Below are positions 1-10,566 of a DNA stretch of 64,000 bases, one piece after another. Each line of letters opens with the position of its first letter. The first letter of the stretch is position 1. The notes beneath the pieces are model-generated. The model saw nothing but the letters and a program-made list of their open reading frames with translations, was not told where the DNA came from and searched no databases. The stretch covers positions 160,001-224,000 of the IMG/VR virus record IMGVR_UViG_3300031420_000495. One strand, written 5' to 3'. The position numbers were made by a program, and so were the translations under genes. The stretch is from a virus (lineage: Duplodnaviria > Caudoviricetes).

Positions 1-308
<308 letters not shown>

Positions 309-312
<4 letters not shown>

Positions 313-1151
313 TTTAATCCTTCGTAAGCGCTCAAGCACATGGCGTCGAGGTCGTGTGTGAGCGAGATGTGTTTATATTGTTCCGGGCAGATGATTGACG
401 CGACATCGCCCGGACGACGTGGAATGATTGTAACAGGGAAATCTTGGCCCGTCACTTTTTTCATCGCGTCGAGAACTTCCTTGACAGAATAACCCGTGCC
501 AGAGCCGAGACATTCGTAAGGCGTATTTGCTGGACCGGCTCCGATTGCGTTCACGATCGAAGTTGCCAGGTCGCGTGCATCGATGTAGTCGCGCACACAT
601 GTTCCGTCAGGAGTTTCCCAATCGTCACCAAACACTGGCACATCGATTGCAAGTCCTTTCGCTGCTCTTGCTGCGCGGCAAATCAGGTGCCGCGAGTGAG
701 TCTCGCCAGAAACTTCTGGGCGTCGACCAGCGACATTGTAGAAGCGGAAGATCGTGTAGCCATCATCGAGTTGGAACTTGATTTCTTCTTCGCACGACCG
801 TTTTGATTGTGCGAAGGCAGTGATCGGATTGAATGCTTCGCCAGTGGATGCAAAGATGAAGTGGGCGTTCTTGCGATGACGCAACATGCGTTTCGTTGCC
901 TCAACATTATCTTGACCACTGACGTATGCACCGAGGTGGATGATGACGTCATAATCTTCTCGCAGGAACTCGAGTGCACCTTGCGACAGAATGTTTCCGT
1001 CGTATGCGGTGTTTGCTTTGTTGATGACCCAGTTGTGCGATGTGCCGAGAAACTTGTCGATGAAACACAAGTCGGTATAACCACGATCCAGCAACTCGAA
1101 TACCACATGAGACCCAATATAACCGGCAGCGCCGGTCAAAAGGATTTTCAT
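309..1151 (-). CDS. galE: UDP-glucose 4-epimerase-like extended SDR
   Basis: MKILLTGAAGYIGSH, FRFYNVAG, DGTCVRDYID, RRPGD motifs; catalytic YxxxK appears as FAQSK. Confidence 0.85.
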
Positions 1152-1615
1152 GTTGGTTCCCAGTCGAGGAGTGGTTGGTCGCCTTTCACATAGAGAGGGT
1201 GACGTGGGGAACCGTTCTTCGTGGTGCCTAAACATTTTAGTTTTGTTCCGTTTGCTTTGAGAACTTCAGCGGCATGTTGCACGCGGTCAGCACGAGCATT
1301 CGTGCCCCATGCGCAGACGACTTCAGGACACTTGGACGCGATCTTCGCAAGCCACATGTCGTTTTCAGGACCGACTGGATCGGTACACTTCCAGAGTTCT
1401 TCTGGCTTGGTTGCGCGCAATGCGTACAGGTTGACGACGACGATGCCGCCATACCCGAACTTCTCTGCAAAGCTGAGGCAACGGCGGATTGTTGGATCAT
1501 CGATCTTGTCATCAGCCGTGCTTGGGTTGAGCATGATGAATGGCAACTGGTTCAGTTCACCACGCAACAAGAAGTAGCGGTATGCACCGCAATCGCTGAT
1601 GACGGCAGATTTCAT
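1148..1615 (-). CDS. DUF1643-family protein
   Basis: YRYFL..FIMLNPSTAD..DPTIRRC..PRHPLY. Confidence 0.85.
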   Translation of the reverse strand: MKSAVISDCGAYRYFLLRGELNQLPFIMLNPSTADDKIDDPTIRRCLSFAEKFGYGGIVVVNLYALRATKPEELWKCTDPVGPENDMWLAKIASKCPEVVCAWGTNARADRVQHAAEVLKANGTKLKCLGTTKNGSPRHPLYVKGDQPLLDWEPT

Positions 1616-1827
1616 GGTTGGATTGAGTACCATGCGGTACAGTCAAGTTTCAGAAGATTTATCTTATCACGTAATTCTTCATCGTCATGGACATACAAGA
1701 ACTTGTCGCGAAGTAACTTGTGATCTGGATCAACGTGATGATAGATAAACGTCAAATACCCAAGATGCTGACAGAGCAGCAACTTGAGTTTTGCATCATC
1801 AGGCGAACTGATGGCAACGACTTTCAT
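1612..1827 (-). CDS. hypothetical protein
   Basis: ORF with 4-nt overlaps in operon. Confidence 0.6.
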   Translation of the reverse strand: MKVVAISSPDDAKLKLLLCQHLGYLTFIYHHVDPDHKLLRDKFLYVHDDEELRDKINLLKLDCTAWYSIQP

Positions 1828-2240
1828 TCCACGAGTTTGTCGTTGAAGTAGATTTCGACGTCGAACTTGTCGCCGGAGTCATCGTAGAACACCAGGTCGA
1901 AGCCCTGCAGTGCAGCTGCAACACCGTCGCATGTGATGTCGCCTTCGTAGAAGTCGTCGGCCCAACCTTCGGCAAGCTTATAGGCATCTTCGATGCCCTG
2001 TGCTTCGTATACAGGCGCGATGGTTTCTGTGGCTTCATCGAAGTCTGCGCCGAACTTGGTCATCGTGATGATCGCGAGAATATCGTTCTTCAGCAGCTCG
2101 AGATGTTCTGGGCTGTCGTCGTATTGATGTTCTTTTGAAGTATAGCCATCAGCATCGCCGTGCATATAGTGTGCAGCCAGTACGTACTGATTGCGGATCA
2201 GCGCAGGGTCGTGCTTGAATTTGAATTGAATGTCAATCAT
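1824..2240 (-). CDS. hypothetical protein (paralogue of 2233-2673)
   Basis: ORF; shared YMHGD motif. Confidence 0.7.
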   Translation of the reverse strand: MIDIQFKFKHDPALIRNQYVLAAHYMHGDADGYTSKEHQYDDSPEHLELLKNDILAIITMTKFGADFDEATETIAPVYEAQGIEDAYKLAEGWADDFYEGDITCDGVAAALQGFDLVFYDDSGDKFDVEIYFNDKLVE

Positions 2241-2673
2241 TGATTGGTTTCCCGTTTACTTTCACGTTCATGCTGTACTTGACACCCATTTCGTCGTACA
2301 GAAACACGTTGACATCTCGCAATGTCGCTGCGTATTCGTAACTGTTGTCGGTGTCATCATCAACCACGAACTCTTCGATGAATGCTTCGACGTCGTCTTC
2401 GACCCAGTGAAAGTTGTTGTGCTCCGCGAAAAACTCGCGGACCCGTTCTTTCGCGTCTTCAGTCGTTATTCCGAACCGACCTGCTGGCAACGTCTTCATG
2501 AAGGCAAGGCCTTCAAGATCGAAGTTCAGGCTGGCGATGTCGTCGCGCAAATACGAACTGGTAACGACCGAACTTCCGTTCATGTCGCCATGCATGTACT
2601 GGGCTTCGAGTTGATACATGTTCTTGTATTCCGGAACTGCGATTCGACTTCCGTGTCTGATTTCGACTGTCAT
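2233..2673 (-). CDS. hypothetical protein (paralogue of 1824-2240)
   Basis: ORF; shared YMHGD motif. Confidence 0.7.
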   Translation of the reverse strand: MTVEIRHGSRIAVPEYKNMYQLEAQYMHGDMNGSSVVTSSYLRDDIASLNFDLEGLAFMKTLPAGRFGITTEDAKERVREFFAEHNNFHWVEDDVEAFIEEFVVDDDTDNSYEYAATLRDVNVFLYDEMGVKYSMNVKVNGKPIND

Positions 2674-3257
2674 GCCAGTGCCTCTTTCAGGATGTCGGCC
2701 GCATCGCGGAACTGGCCGGTAGTCGGATCGGTTACGCAGATGATGCGCTTATCACGGATGATCGACTTGTTGAACGCGGCGATGAAGCGATCTTGTTCAG
2801 CTTCGCGCTTCGTGTCGTCGAAGCTGTCACCATCCGAAACGAAGTGCTGCGATGACGCGAAGTCTTCTGTCAGCAGAATCAGACGAACCATGCTGGTCTC
2901 GTCAATGCCGAAACGCTTTTCCAGATCGAAGACATAGTTGCCATCGTACTTGCGGTACAGCGGTGCGTATACGGCTTCACCCAAGTGCCAGCGATCGAAG
3001 ATGATGCGTGCACCGGATTGGGAAAGCTTCATCGAGTTACGGAAGCACGCTTGCTGATAGTGGAAGAGTTCGGGGTAACAGTTGTCTCGATCGTGGGCAA
3101 TGTCGTCCGGCATGATCGAGTACTTGTATTTCTCAAGACGTTGTGGTTTGCCGAAGTGGATGACCTGGAAAAAACCCAGCTCGCGCTGGATTCCTTCCAC
3201 AAGAGTAGACTTGCCTAACCGGTCAAGTCCTTCAATTGCGTAGACGAACTTGCTCAT
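2670..3257 (-). CDS. thymidylate/dNMP kinase-like P-loop protein
   Basis: AIEGLDRLGKST P-loop, IIFDRWHLGEAVY. Confidence 0.8.
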   Translation of the reverse strand: MSKFVYAIEGLDRLGKSTLVEGIQRELGFFQVIHFGKPQRLEKYKYSIMPDDIAHDRDNCYPELFHYQQACFRNSMKLSQSGARIIFDRWHLGEAVYAPLYRKYDGNYVFDLEKRFGIDETSMVRLILLTEDFASSQHFVSDGDSFDDTKREAEQDRFIAAFNKSIIRDKRIICVTDPTTGQFRDAADILKEALA

Positions 3258-3544
3258 ACTTCGATGCAGATGTCCGAGTTGTGATACTCGGCCACTGGAT
3301 TGCCACGGTTGTCTTCGATGGTGATGCTGAAGTCGACGGCTTCGGATGCTTCTTGAATGAAGCTATCGCCGAACAAGTCGTCCATGACGCCAACGAGTTC
3401 GAATGCGGCGTCCTTGTATGTACCATCGCCGAGACGGGTGTTGTACAACATGGCGCCGATGTATTGCAGTTGCTCGAGCGTCATCTTGACGAGGAAGTCA
3501 CCTTGGCCAACTGGCATGTCTTCTGGGCGGGAGATAATTTTCAT
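3254..3544 (-). CDS. hypothetical protein
   Basis: ORF in operon. Confidence 0.6.
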   Translation of the reverse strand: MKIISRPEDMPVGQGDFLVKMTLEQLQYIGAMLYNTRLGDGTYKDAAFELVGVMDDLFGDSFIQEASEAVDFSITIEDNRGNPVAEYHNSDICIEV

Positions 3545-4677
3545 GAGGTAAATCCGATCGGTCGTTTGCGACGGAAAGTGTCGCTTGGTTGTTGAGAAAA
3601 TATTTCAGCGAGGCTGATCAAAGTTTTGTTTGGGGGTATTGAACCGGCACCTGCCTCGTCGATAACTGCTTGCGCTTCGTCGACGGTCAGAGGGCGAAAT
3701 TGTACCACATCGAAGCAACGCCCCGGGCGCATCAAAGCCGCGTCGATGTCGTTGATGTTCGGAAGGTTGGTCGAGAAGATGAGCTTCTTGTCGGCCGCCG
3801 AGATGAGACCATCCGAAACGTTGAGGAACTTGTGCATCATCGTGTTGCCTTCCTCGCGCGATTGGAGGAACGCGTCAGCGTCTTCCATCACGAGGAAGCG
3901 CGTGTCATCGTCGATGAAACCGGCGAACAGCCCGTCATCGTTCATGACCTTTTCGTCGTATGCGACTTTTGCATCGCCACCGCTGCGGTGGATGATGTTC
4001 TTGATGAAGGTGGTTTTGCCGAGACCTGGTGGTCCGATGAGAATCAGAACGCTGGCGTCCGAGTTCAGATAGTTGTCGATGTAGTCATCGAGGTCGCCCT
4101 TGATCCATGGGTACGCAGCACGGATTGCTTTGCGGTAGTTCAGCGGAACGCTGATGCTGTGCCCGTTGCTGGAGTACACCCACTCGATCAGGTTCTCAGC
4201 ACGGGAGAACTGGGCATCGAGTTTCGCGATCCACGCCTTGACCCATTTCGGATCGCCGACGTGTTCGACTTCCATCTTGCCGCGACCTGCGGTCATCTTA
4301 ATGATGCCGTCTTCGCATTGGATGAGAACGCGATTTGCGCTCAGGAAAGTGAAGCTGTGATTGGTATTGTCCATCACCCATTCAGCGAGTGCGAACGATG
4401 CGGGCACGAGCCAAGTCACGTCGACTTGAACAGTGCTGATGCCTGCGAGGTGGCGAGTGCGAATGAGGTCCGCGAAAATCCAGTCTTCGGTACCATATAC
4501 ACCGAGCATCACTTCATTGCGTTGGAGACCTTCTTCGCCGGCCATCAGGTGGGTGTCATCCATAGTCGATGGGCTTTGATGCGGGTACGATTGCGGCATG
4601 CGTGATTTCCTTACTGTTTTACGGGCGAGTCTTATTTCTCGACGATATGAGTCGGTGGACAGTGGTGTCGTTGACAT
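3541..4677 (-). CDS. AAA+ ATPase (start may be ~4563)
   Basis: GPPGLGKT, LVMEDAD, STN..DAALMRPGRCFD. Confidence 0.9.
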   Translation of the reverse strand: MSTTPLSTDSYRREIRLARKTVRKSRMPQSYPHQSPSTMDDTHLMAGEEGLQRNEVMLGVYGTEDWIFADLIRTRHLAGISTVQVDVTWLVPASFALAEWVMDNTNHSFTFLSANRVLIQCEDGIIKMTAGRGKMEVEHVGDPKWVKAWIAKLDAQFSRAENLIEWVYSSNGHSISVPLNYRKAIRAAYPWIKGDLDDYIDNYLNSDASVLILIGPPGLGKTTFIKNIIHRSGGDAKVAYDEKVMNDDGLFAGFIDDDTRFLVMEDADAFLQSREEGNTMMHKFLNVSDGLISAADKKLIFSTNLPNINDIDAALMRPGRCFDVVQFRPLTVDEAQAVIDEAGAGSIPPNKTLISLAEIFSQQPSDTFRRKRPIGFTS

Positions 4678-4752
4678 AGTGTTCTGTGTGATTCGATAGA
4701 GGCATTATAGCTTAAATTCATACCACTATCGAATCGAACTTCGCGTTGAAGG

Positions 4753-6498
4753 TTATTCGCTCAACTGGGATGAAAACGAAATTGCGAATTCATCTTTCCA
4801 TTCATTGTCTTTCGACGTGAATGACCGTTGCGCGGCCGTGTCCAGAATGTACGTTACTGCGTGGTCTTCTTTCGAACGCACAGAACGTCCAGCACCCTGC
4901 ACAACTTTCTGCAGAGCCATCAAGCCGTAAATGTCCGGATAGCTGTCGAGAATAACCTTGATGCGCTTGTCTCCAAGCGAAGCGAAAGGCATCTTCACAA
5001 CGATCTGATAACGGCTCAGATCACCCGGCAAGTCGACGCCTTCAAATCCCGACGGTGTCAGAAGCACAGCTGGTCCGCCGGTATACGATTTGAATCGCTC
5101 CAACCAATCAGCCAACTTCTCCCCGCGGCAGTGTTCGAACACCTTGTATCCGCCTTTCATCAGGCGGAGTGTTTCAGCAATCGATTCTACCACAGCAAAC
5201 GACGGGCACAAGATAATACCACGATCGCCGAGTTTCGTGTGGTGATCGACGATTTGGTACGTCGTCGCGCACAGCTTCTTGATGGTATCAGGATTCTGCA
5301 TGGTGCTGTAGTTCAACGCCTGCGGCTTGAAGAAGATAACCTTCTTGTTCTCCTTCGGGAACTGCGGAGCCAGACGAATGTGCTTCGTGGTTCCCGGCAA
5401 AGCCATCGTGCGCTTCGCGTACAGCTCGCTGATCGTTGCGGACATCAGCAGGTTGTGGTCGGCATTGTCCAGCGCTTCGAACATTTCTCCAATGAAGATC
5501 GGCTTGACGCTGACTTCATTTTCGTTCTGTCCTTTCTTAGGGTCCTTCGGCTTGTATTCAAACACCGATGGATATTCGAAGAGGAACAGGTCGTCGATCT
5601 TGCAACCGAGACTGTGATACTTCTTGGAAAGTTTCGACAGCTTCAGGAACTTGGCTTGCGAACGAACATTCCGCTCTGCATCTTTCTTTGCTGCTTCCGA
5701 AATCTGCATGTACGTTGCCAACAGAATTCGCAGATACTTTTGATGATTGGCTTCATTGATCCGGCCGTCAATCAAGTGGTCGCGAACGGTCTTCAGGTTT
5801 TTGAAGACGTCTGTGTTTCCGAGTGACAACTCAGCCGACACTTCTTCGGCCATTGTCTTCAATCTTTTCTCTGAGAAATAGATTGCGTTGTGTTCGGTAA
5901 ACAGATCATTCAGCAAGTGCGCTTCGTCGAATACGCAGACGGCACGCTTCGGCATCGGAGCTTGCGAATACATTCGGTCAACGAAGTAGTATGCATAGTT
6001 GGTAATCAACTGACGCGTCTTCGGTTTCATCGACCGTGCATGCTGGAACTCGCAGCCATTGCAGTGAGTCTGGATCATGTCGTCCATGCCAGACTTCTGG
6101 AAAATCCGCAGTGCACAGTGTTCTGCCGACTGCGGTTCTTCAGCTGTCGAAAGAGCGGAACACTCGTAGTTGTTCGCGCCCTTGATGACATTGAAGTTTT
6201 CGGTTGGATTCGATTCGTCAATGAACGAATCGGAATACTGATCCAGCAACGCGTTCGTTGCCGTCAGAATAAAGCTGGCTCCAGGATACTCTGTTGGATA
6301 TTTGATCGTCTGCACGACATCGGCCACGACTGCACCGATGATCGATTTACCAGTTCCGGTCGGAGCGGACAGGACCACGTTGCGATAGCCTTCGTCCAGG
6401 AAAGCCACCAACACTTGGTTGATGTGCTCGACCTGGCTATCACGCGGTTCATATCCGATTCGCTTGTACGACTCAAGGATTTGTTTTTCGTATCGCAT
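4753..6498 (-). CDS. DinG-like SF2 helicase
   Basis: APTGTGKS, VFDEAH, EGVDLPGD, QGAGRSVRS. Confidence 0.9.
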   Translation of the reverse strand: MRYEKQILESYKRIGYEPRDSQVEHINQVLVAFLDEGYRNVVLSAPTGTGKSIIGAVVADVVQTIKYPTEYPGASFILTATNALLDQYSDSFIDESNPTENFNVIKGANNYECSALSTAEEPQSAEHCALRIFQKSGMDDMIQTHCNGCEFQHARSMKPKTRQLITNYAYYFVDRMYSQAPMPKRAVCVFDEAHLLNDLFTEHNAIYFSEKRLKTMAEEVSAELSLGNTDVFKNLKTVRDHLIDGRINEANHQKYLRILLATYMQISEAAKKDAERNVRSQAKFLKLSKLSKKYHSLGCKIDDLFLFEYPSVFEYKPKDPKKGQNENEVSVKPIFIGEMFEALDNADHNLLMSATISELYAKRTMALPGTTKHIRLAPQFPKENKKVIFFKPQALNYSTMQNPDTIKKLCATTYQIVDHHTKLGDRGIILCPSFAVVESIAETLRLMKGGYKVFEHCRGEKLADWLERFKSYTGGPAVLLTPSGFEGVDLPGDLSRYQIVVKMPFASLGDKRIKVILDSYPDIYGLMALQKVVQGAGRSVRSKEDHAVTYILDTAAQRSFTSKDNEWKDEFAISFSSQLSE

Positions 6499-6500
6499 TA

Positions 6501-7478
6501 TTATTCGTTATCAGGTACGGCAAACAGCTTGTGCATCGCGTCCTCGTCCTTCATGAACAGGGCCTTGATGAGAGTTTGCCAGTACGGAGTCAGTTCGTTG
6601 AACTCGAAGAAATCAAAGTTGAAATCTTCAGCGAAGTTCGCTTCGCGGAGTTCTTGTTCGACACAGAGGAGATGCTGACGGATTTCATCGTCGAAACGAT
6701 CCATCGGAATCATTGTCAGGTCGAAAGCATTCTCGGCCGCCATGATGTTGTTGGCCATCTCGAAGTGACGGTCATACACGTGCATCGATCCAGCATTGTG
6801 GAAGTAATGGCCGAGTTGCAGTTCCGGATAGGTTTCACGGAGCTGAAGCATCAGGCATTCTTGCAGCATTGTAAACTGGAAGACGTCATTCGTGAAACCG
6901 AGAATGATGTCGTTCGATCGCATGTTGGTAATCATGTGCAGCTTGTCTTCGCGAATGAAGAACTGCAGCGTGAGTGTGCAGGCAACGTCTTTGTTTCCGT
7001 CGTGGCGATCGCTCGGCACGTGGATATTCATGATTGCCTGACGGGAATCTCGATCCTTCTTCAGGAGTTCGATTGTCTCGGCCCACTGGTCGATTGGTTC
7101 ACCAGCTTCGTTTTTCGTGAATGCAGGTAGGCCCGAGAATCCGAAGAGACGCGTTCCATAGTTCGAATTGATTGTACCAGCTTCGTAGTTCTTGTGTGAA
7201 CCAGAATTCGTGATGTTCGCCCAGAACTTCGAGTATGGCAGGATTCCTTCAGGTTTCGATGAAGCGCTCAGGTACCAGATGAATTCGCCCAGCAAATATC
7301 GGGTGTTAACATTCCGTTCTGGGAATGTGATGACACGGTTCCGCGGATCGATCAGCGTGATGTTGTAGTTCAGCAACTCACGGGTTTCAGTGCCACGAGG
7401 TTTCGCAACCATGCCGTGGGTCATCAAATGTGCCAGGCATGTGCGAAAATCGTTATTCAGGTGTCCAGTTTGATCCAT
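6501..7478 (-). CDS. thymidylate-synthase-family enzyme, dCMP hydroxymethylase-like
   Basis: DVACTLTLQFFIR and MRSNDIILGFTNDVFQF; Asp where ThyA has Asn. Confidence 0.8.
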   Translation of the reverse strand: MDQTGHLNNDFRTCLAHLMTHGMVAKPRGTETRELLNYNITLIDPRNRVITFPERNVNTRYLLGEFIWYLSASSKPEGILPYSKFWANITNSGSHKNYEAGTINSNYGTRLFGFSGLPAFTKNEAGEPIDQWAETIELLKKDRDSRQAIMNIHVPSDRHDGNKDVACTLTLQFFIREDKLHMITNMRSNDIILGFTNDVFQFTMLQECLMLQLRETYPELQLGHYFHNAGSMHVYDRHFEMANNIMAAENAFDLTMIPMDRFDDEIRQHLLCVEQELREANFAEDFNFDFFEFNELTPYWQTLIKALFMKDEDAMHKLFAVPDNE

Positions 7479-7577
7479 GTTGTCTCCGTTGCAATGTATC
7501 TCAAAGGAAACATTGTAACATGTCTACGCTTCTGTTCCAGACAATAAATAGAACGTAACGTTTAACCAGGACAACAA

Positions 7578-9497
7578 ATGCTCAAAAATCTTACCGGCGG
7601 AGCCATCATCAATTACGGCTCCACGCTCCCATCAGCAAGCACTTCATTTGACGGTGCCCTGTTCTACAAGACCGGCGCGGACCAAGGTCTTTACGTATTT
7701 GGTTTCATCCAGGACGCAAATCCGGATGCCATCGGCGACCAGTCAGCACAGGGCTGGAGTATTGTTCAATCGCCGGGATTGTACGTAGACATTGCCGGCG
7801 ACACGATGACCGGAGACCTCAGGCTCGCAACCGACGGCTTGACGATCTTCTCCAACAATTTCAGTGCCACAACGTTGACGTCACCAATGACGTTCGCCAC
7901 GAACGATCAATTCAAATGGACTACGTCTGGTGTCAATGCTAAAGATTTGATGCGTCTCACGAACGCATCCGCGCTGACGCTGAATGTCAATTCCAACTGG
8001 GAAACTGTTTGGCATAGTGGAAATGACGGTGTTGGTTCCGGTCTGGATGCCGACAAACTGGACGGTCAGGATTCTACATATTTCCGCAATGCATCAAACA
8101 TCAACACTGGCACACTCGATGTTTCGCGTCTTCCATTTACCCCTGTTCAACAGGGCGGTGGAACAGGCCAACTCTCGAATAAGGTTTACATCGGCTGGGC
8201 AAACGGCGGTCAACTGTACCTGCAGATTGATTCGACAAACTTCGCCAACGTATGGCCGATCAGCATCACCGGTAATGCTGCGACCGCAAATTACGCAACA
8301 TCGACTGGTGCTTCAACCAATTCGACAAATGCGGTTTCATCCCAATACGTTCGTCAAGACGGTTCCGCAAACGGAATCAACATGGCGTTCAATACGTCAT
8401 CTGCTGGCAACGGTATGCCTGCACGTGTTTGGGGTACAAACGATACGACCAACTTCGCGACTTGGAATGCATACAACCCAGCAACGTTTGCAGTCGCAAG
8501 TGCCACGATTGCTTCGAAAGCATCGACTCTTATTCTCGGTGGTGGAACCGGTGCAGGCTCAACATTCAACTGGTCTGGACAATCTGGTCAACCAACATGG
8601 GTATGGGGCGGTAATGACGGAACAAATATGTATGTTTACAATCCGTCGAATTTCTCTGTTGCCAGCGCAGCGAGCCTTGCGAACTTCACGGTCGGTGGTC
8701 GTTCAGGAACTGACTTCAATGCTTATCGTACCAGCGGTATGTACGCGGCAGATGGTTCTCCGGCAAATGCGCCTAATGCGTACGGATCGCTGATTGTAGC
8801 TTCGAACTCTGACGTTGGTTTGCAGATTGGCGGCGGTTATAATTCTGACAACCTCTTCTTCCGCGGATGGTGGAGTTCTGGTGCTAGCTTTGGGCCATGG
8901 CGCACAGTCATTCACAATGGCAATATTGGTTCTCAGTCTGTCAGCTACGCAAACTCTGCAGGTTCGGCAGGAACAGCCGGCACAGCAAATGCGCTGATTG
9001 CAAATCCAACTCTGTCTGGAACTGTAACGGCAGGTCGATACATTGGTGGTGGCGGATCAGCAGCCGCGCCCGCATTTACACTTGCAGAATCCGCAAACGA
9101 TACTGGTCTATATTCTGGTGGCGATGGTTATCTCAACTTTGCAACCAACGGTGGTTATGCTGGTCAGATTCAGCCTGGTGGTCATCTGGTTATGGCTGGC
9201 AACGTTACAGCATATTCCGACGTTCGTTTGAAGGAAAACATCGAACTGATTCCGCAGGCTCTGCAGAAAGTTCAACAGCTGCGCGGTGTTACATTCGATC
9301 GCATCGATACGAAAGAACGCGGTACAGGTGTTATCGCGCAGGAAGTTCAAGAAATTCTACCAGAAGCAGTCGTTGAATCCGAAGGCAAGTTGTCAGTTGC
9401 CTACGGTAACATGGTTGGCTTGCTGATTGAATCGATCAAGGAGCTGAATGCAAAAGTTGAATCTTTGCAAAGCGAAATTGCTGAATTGAAGAAGTAA
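7578..9497 (+). CDS. tail fibre with C-terminal S74 intramolecular chaperone
   Basis: G/S/T/N-rich; YSDVRLKENI then C-terminal coiled coil; TAAATA upstream. Confidence 0.85.
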   Translation: MLKNLTGGAIINYGSTLPSASTSFDGALFYKTGADQGLYVFGFIQDANPDAIGDQSAQGWSIVQSPGLYVDIAGDTMTGDLRLATDGLTIFSNNFSATTLTSPMTFATNDQFKWTTSGVNAKDLMRLTNASALTLNVNSNWETVWHSGNDGVGSGLDADKLDGQDSTYFRNASNINTGTLDVSRLPFTPVQQGGGTGQLSNKVYIGWANGGQLYLQIDSTNFANVWPISITGNAATANYATSTGASTNSTNAVSSQYVRQDGSANGINMAFNTSSAGNGMPARVWGTNDTTNFATWNAYNPATFAVASATIASKASTLILGGGTGAGSTFNWSGQSGQPTWVWGGNDGTNMYVYNPSNFSVASAASLANFTVGGRSGTDFNAYRTSGMYAADGSPANAPNAYGSLIVASNSDVGLQIGGGYNSDNLFFRGWWSSGASFGPWRTVIHNGNIGSQSVSYANSAGSAGTAGTANALIANPTLSGTVTAGRYIGGGGSAAAPAFTLAESANDTGLYSGGDGYLNFATNGGYAGQIQPGGHLVMAGNVTAYSDVRLKENIELIPQALQKVQQLRGVTFDRIDTKERGTGVIAQEVQEILPEAVVESEGKLSVAYGNMVGLLIESIKELNAKVESLQSEIAELKK

Positions 9498-9498
9498 A

Positions 9499-9527
9499 GA
9501 AAAAGGGACCTCACGGTCCCTTTTTTC
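9499..9527. terminator. bidirectional intrinsic terminator
   Basis: AAAAAGGGACC-TCAC-GGTCCCTTTTTT between convergent genes; same hairpin as at 23872. Confidence 0.85.
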
Positions 9528-10017
9528 TACGCCATGCGACGTAATGAACTAATGCTGCCGCGATGATCGGGAAGATGCACAAGCCATCCATGTATCCGGC
9601 ACCGCCAACTCCGAAGTAGTATGTGCTTGGACTTGCCAACCCAAGTGGTATCAGCTCCAATGCTTTCGTCATATCGACGCCCCACTCCGTCAAGAAGACA
9701 AGTGTGTATGCGGCGCCCGGCGTGATCTTCAATCCGTAGTACAGATAGAAAATCAGATACAGGAAGAACGCATCGATCATGTGCAGCGAGATGTAGTCAT
9801 CGTCGATGACCCACCACGCCAGTGTATGTGTCGCAAGCACCATGACCATCCAATGCCAGATCAATTCTTCTTGCGGCGGATTCCGTCTGGCTTCGGTGCA
9901 GAACCAGTAGATGACGAACAGCCACGGAACCGTGACCGAGTAGATGGCATACGGTTCGCTCAGATAGTGGAGAATGTTGTTCATTTCTTTTGCGGCAAAG
10001 CCGGTGCAGGTTGCCAA
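9511..10017 (-). CDS. multi-pass membrane protein
   Basis: Several hydrophobic segments. Confidence 0.6.
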   Translation of the reverse strand: MATCTGFAAKEMNNILHYLSEPYAIYSVTVPWLFVIYWFCTEARRNPPQEELIWHWMVMVLATHTLAWWVIDDDYISLHMIDAFFLYLIFYLYYGLKITPGAAYTLVFLTEWGVDMTKALELIPLGLASPSTYYFGVGGAGYMDGLCIFPIIAAALVHYVAWRRKKGP

Positions 10018-10205
10018 TGGGTTGGATCAGCACCGGACCAAACGGTTGGCACAATCTTTCCCTCGTATTCTTCGAAGTTCAGCTCCGACATCCTCACATG
10101 TGGATAACGGCTATCCATGTCACAGATCAACACAGATTCGCTGAAGTAACGATCGCCCCACGGTTCTGGCAGACGATCTTTCACACTGATCCAGTTATCT
10201 TTCAT
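9981..10205 (-). CDS. DUF551-like protein
   Basis: WISVKDRLPE...PTHWQPAP. Confidence 0.8.
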   Translation of the reverse strand: MKDNWISVKDRLPEPWGDRYFSESVLICDMDSRYPHVRMSELNFEEYEGKIVPTVWSGADPTHWQPAPALPQKK

Positions 10206-10495
10206 TTTGCTGCGGCGATCGCCGATTCGATGGAGGTGTGTGCTTCGAAGAACTTGGCGAGACGTTCGAAACGTTCGCCATGCTTTTCACCCGGCAGTGC
10301 TTTGTTGATGAACTTGAACAGGCTTTCACCGTTGCCGACGCTCTTGGCGCCGATGGGAGCTGCGAGGCTGAACGAGTCCGAATAACGGTTCACGGCCGTT
10401 TTCAGAACGTGGCCACAGAGAAACTTGACGGTCAGCGAGATGCGATCGTGGGTGATCGAAACTTTCGCGGTCGTTTTGGTCAGTGCTTTTGCCAT
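10202..10495 (-). CDS. hypothetical protein
   Basis: ORF after promoter. Confidence 0.65.
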   Translation of the reverse strand: MAKALTKTTAKVSITHDRISLTVKFLCGHVLKTAVNRYSDSFSLAAPIGAKSVGNGESLFKFINKALPGEKHGERFERLAKFFEAHTSIESAIAAAK

Positions 10496-10529
10496 TTTGT
10501 TGCTCCGTAGTGTTGTTCGTCGATGAGTT

Positions 10530-10560
10530 CATTATACATGAAACCCAATACGGAACACAG
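10530..10560 (-). promoter_or_regulatory. promoter CTGTGTT-N17-TATAATG
   Basis: Same motif at 13532, 53731, 55772. Confidence 0.7.
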
Positions 10561-10566
10561 CACTTT

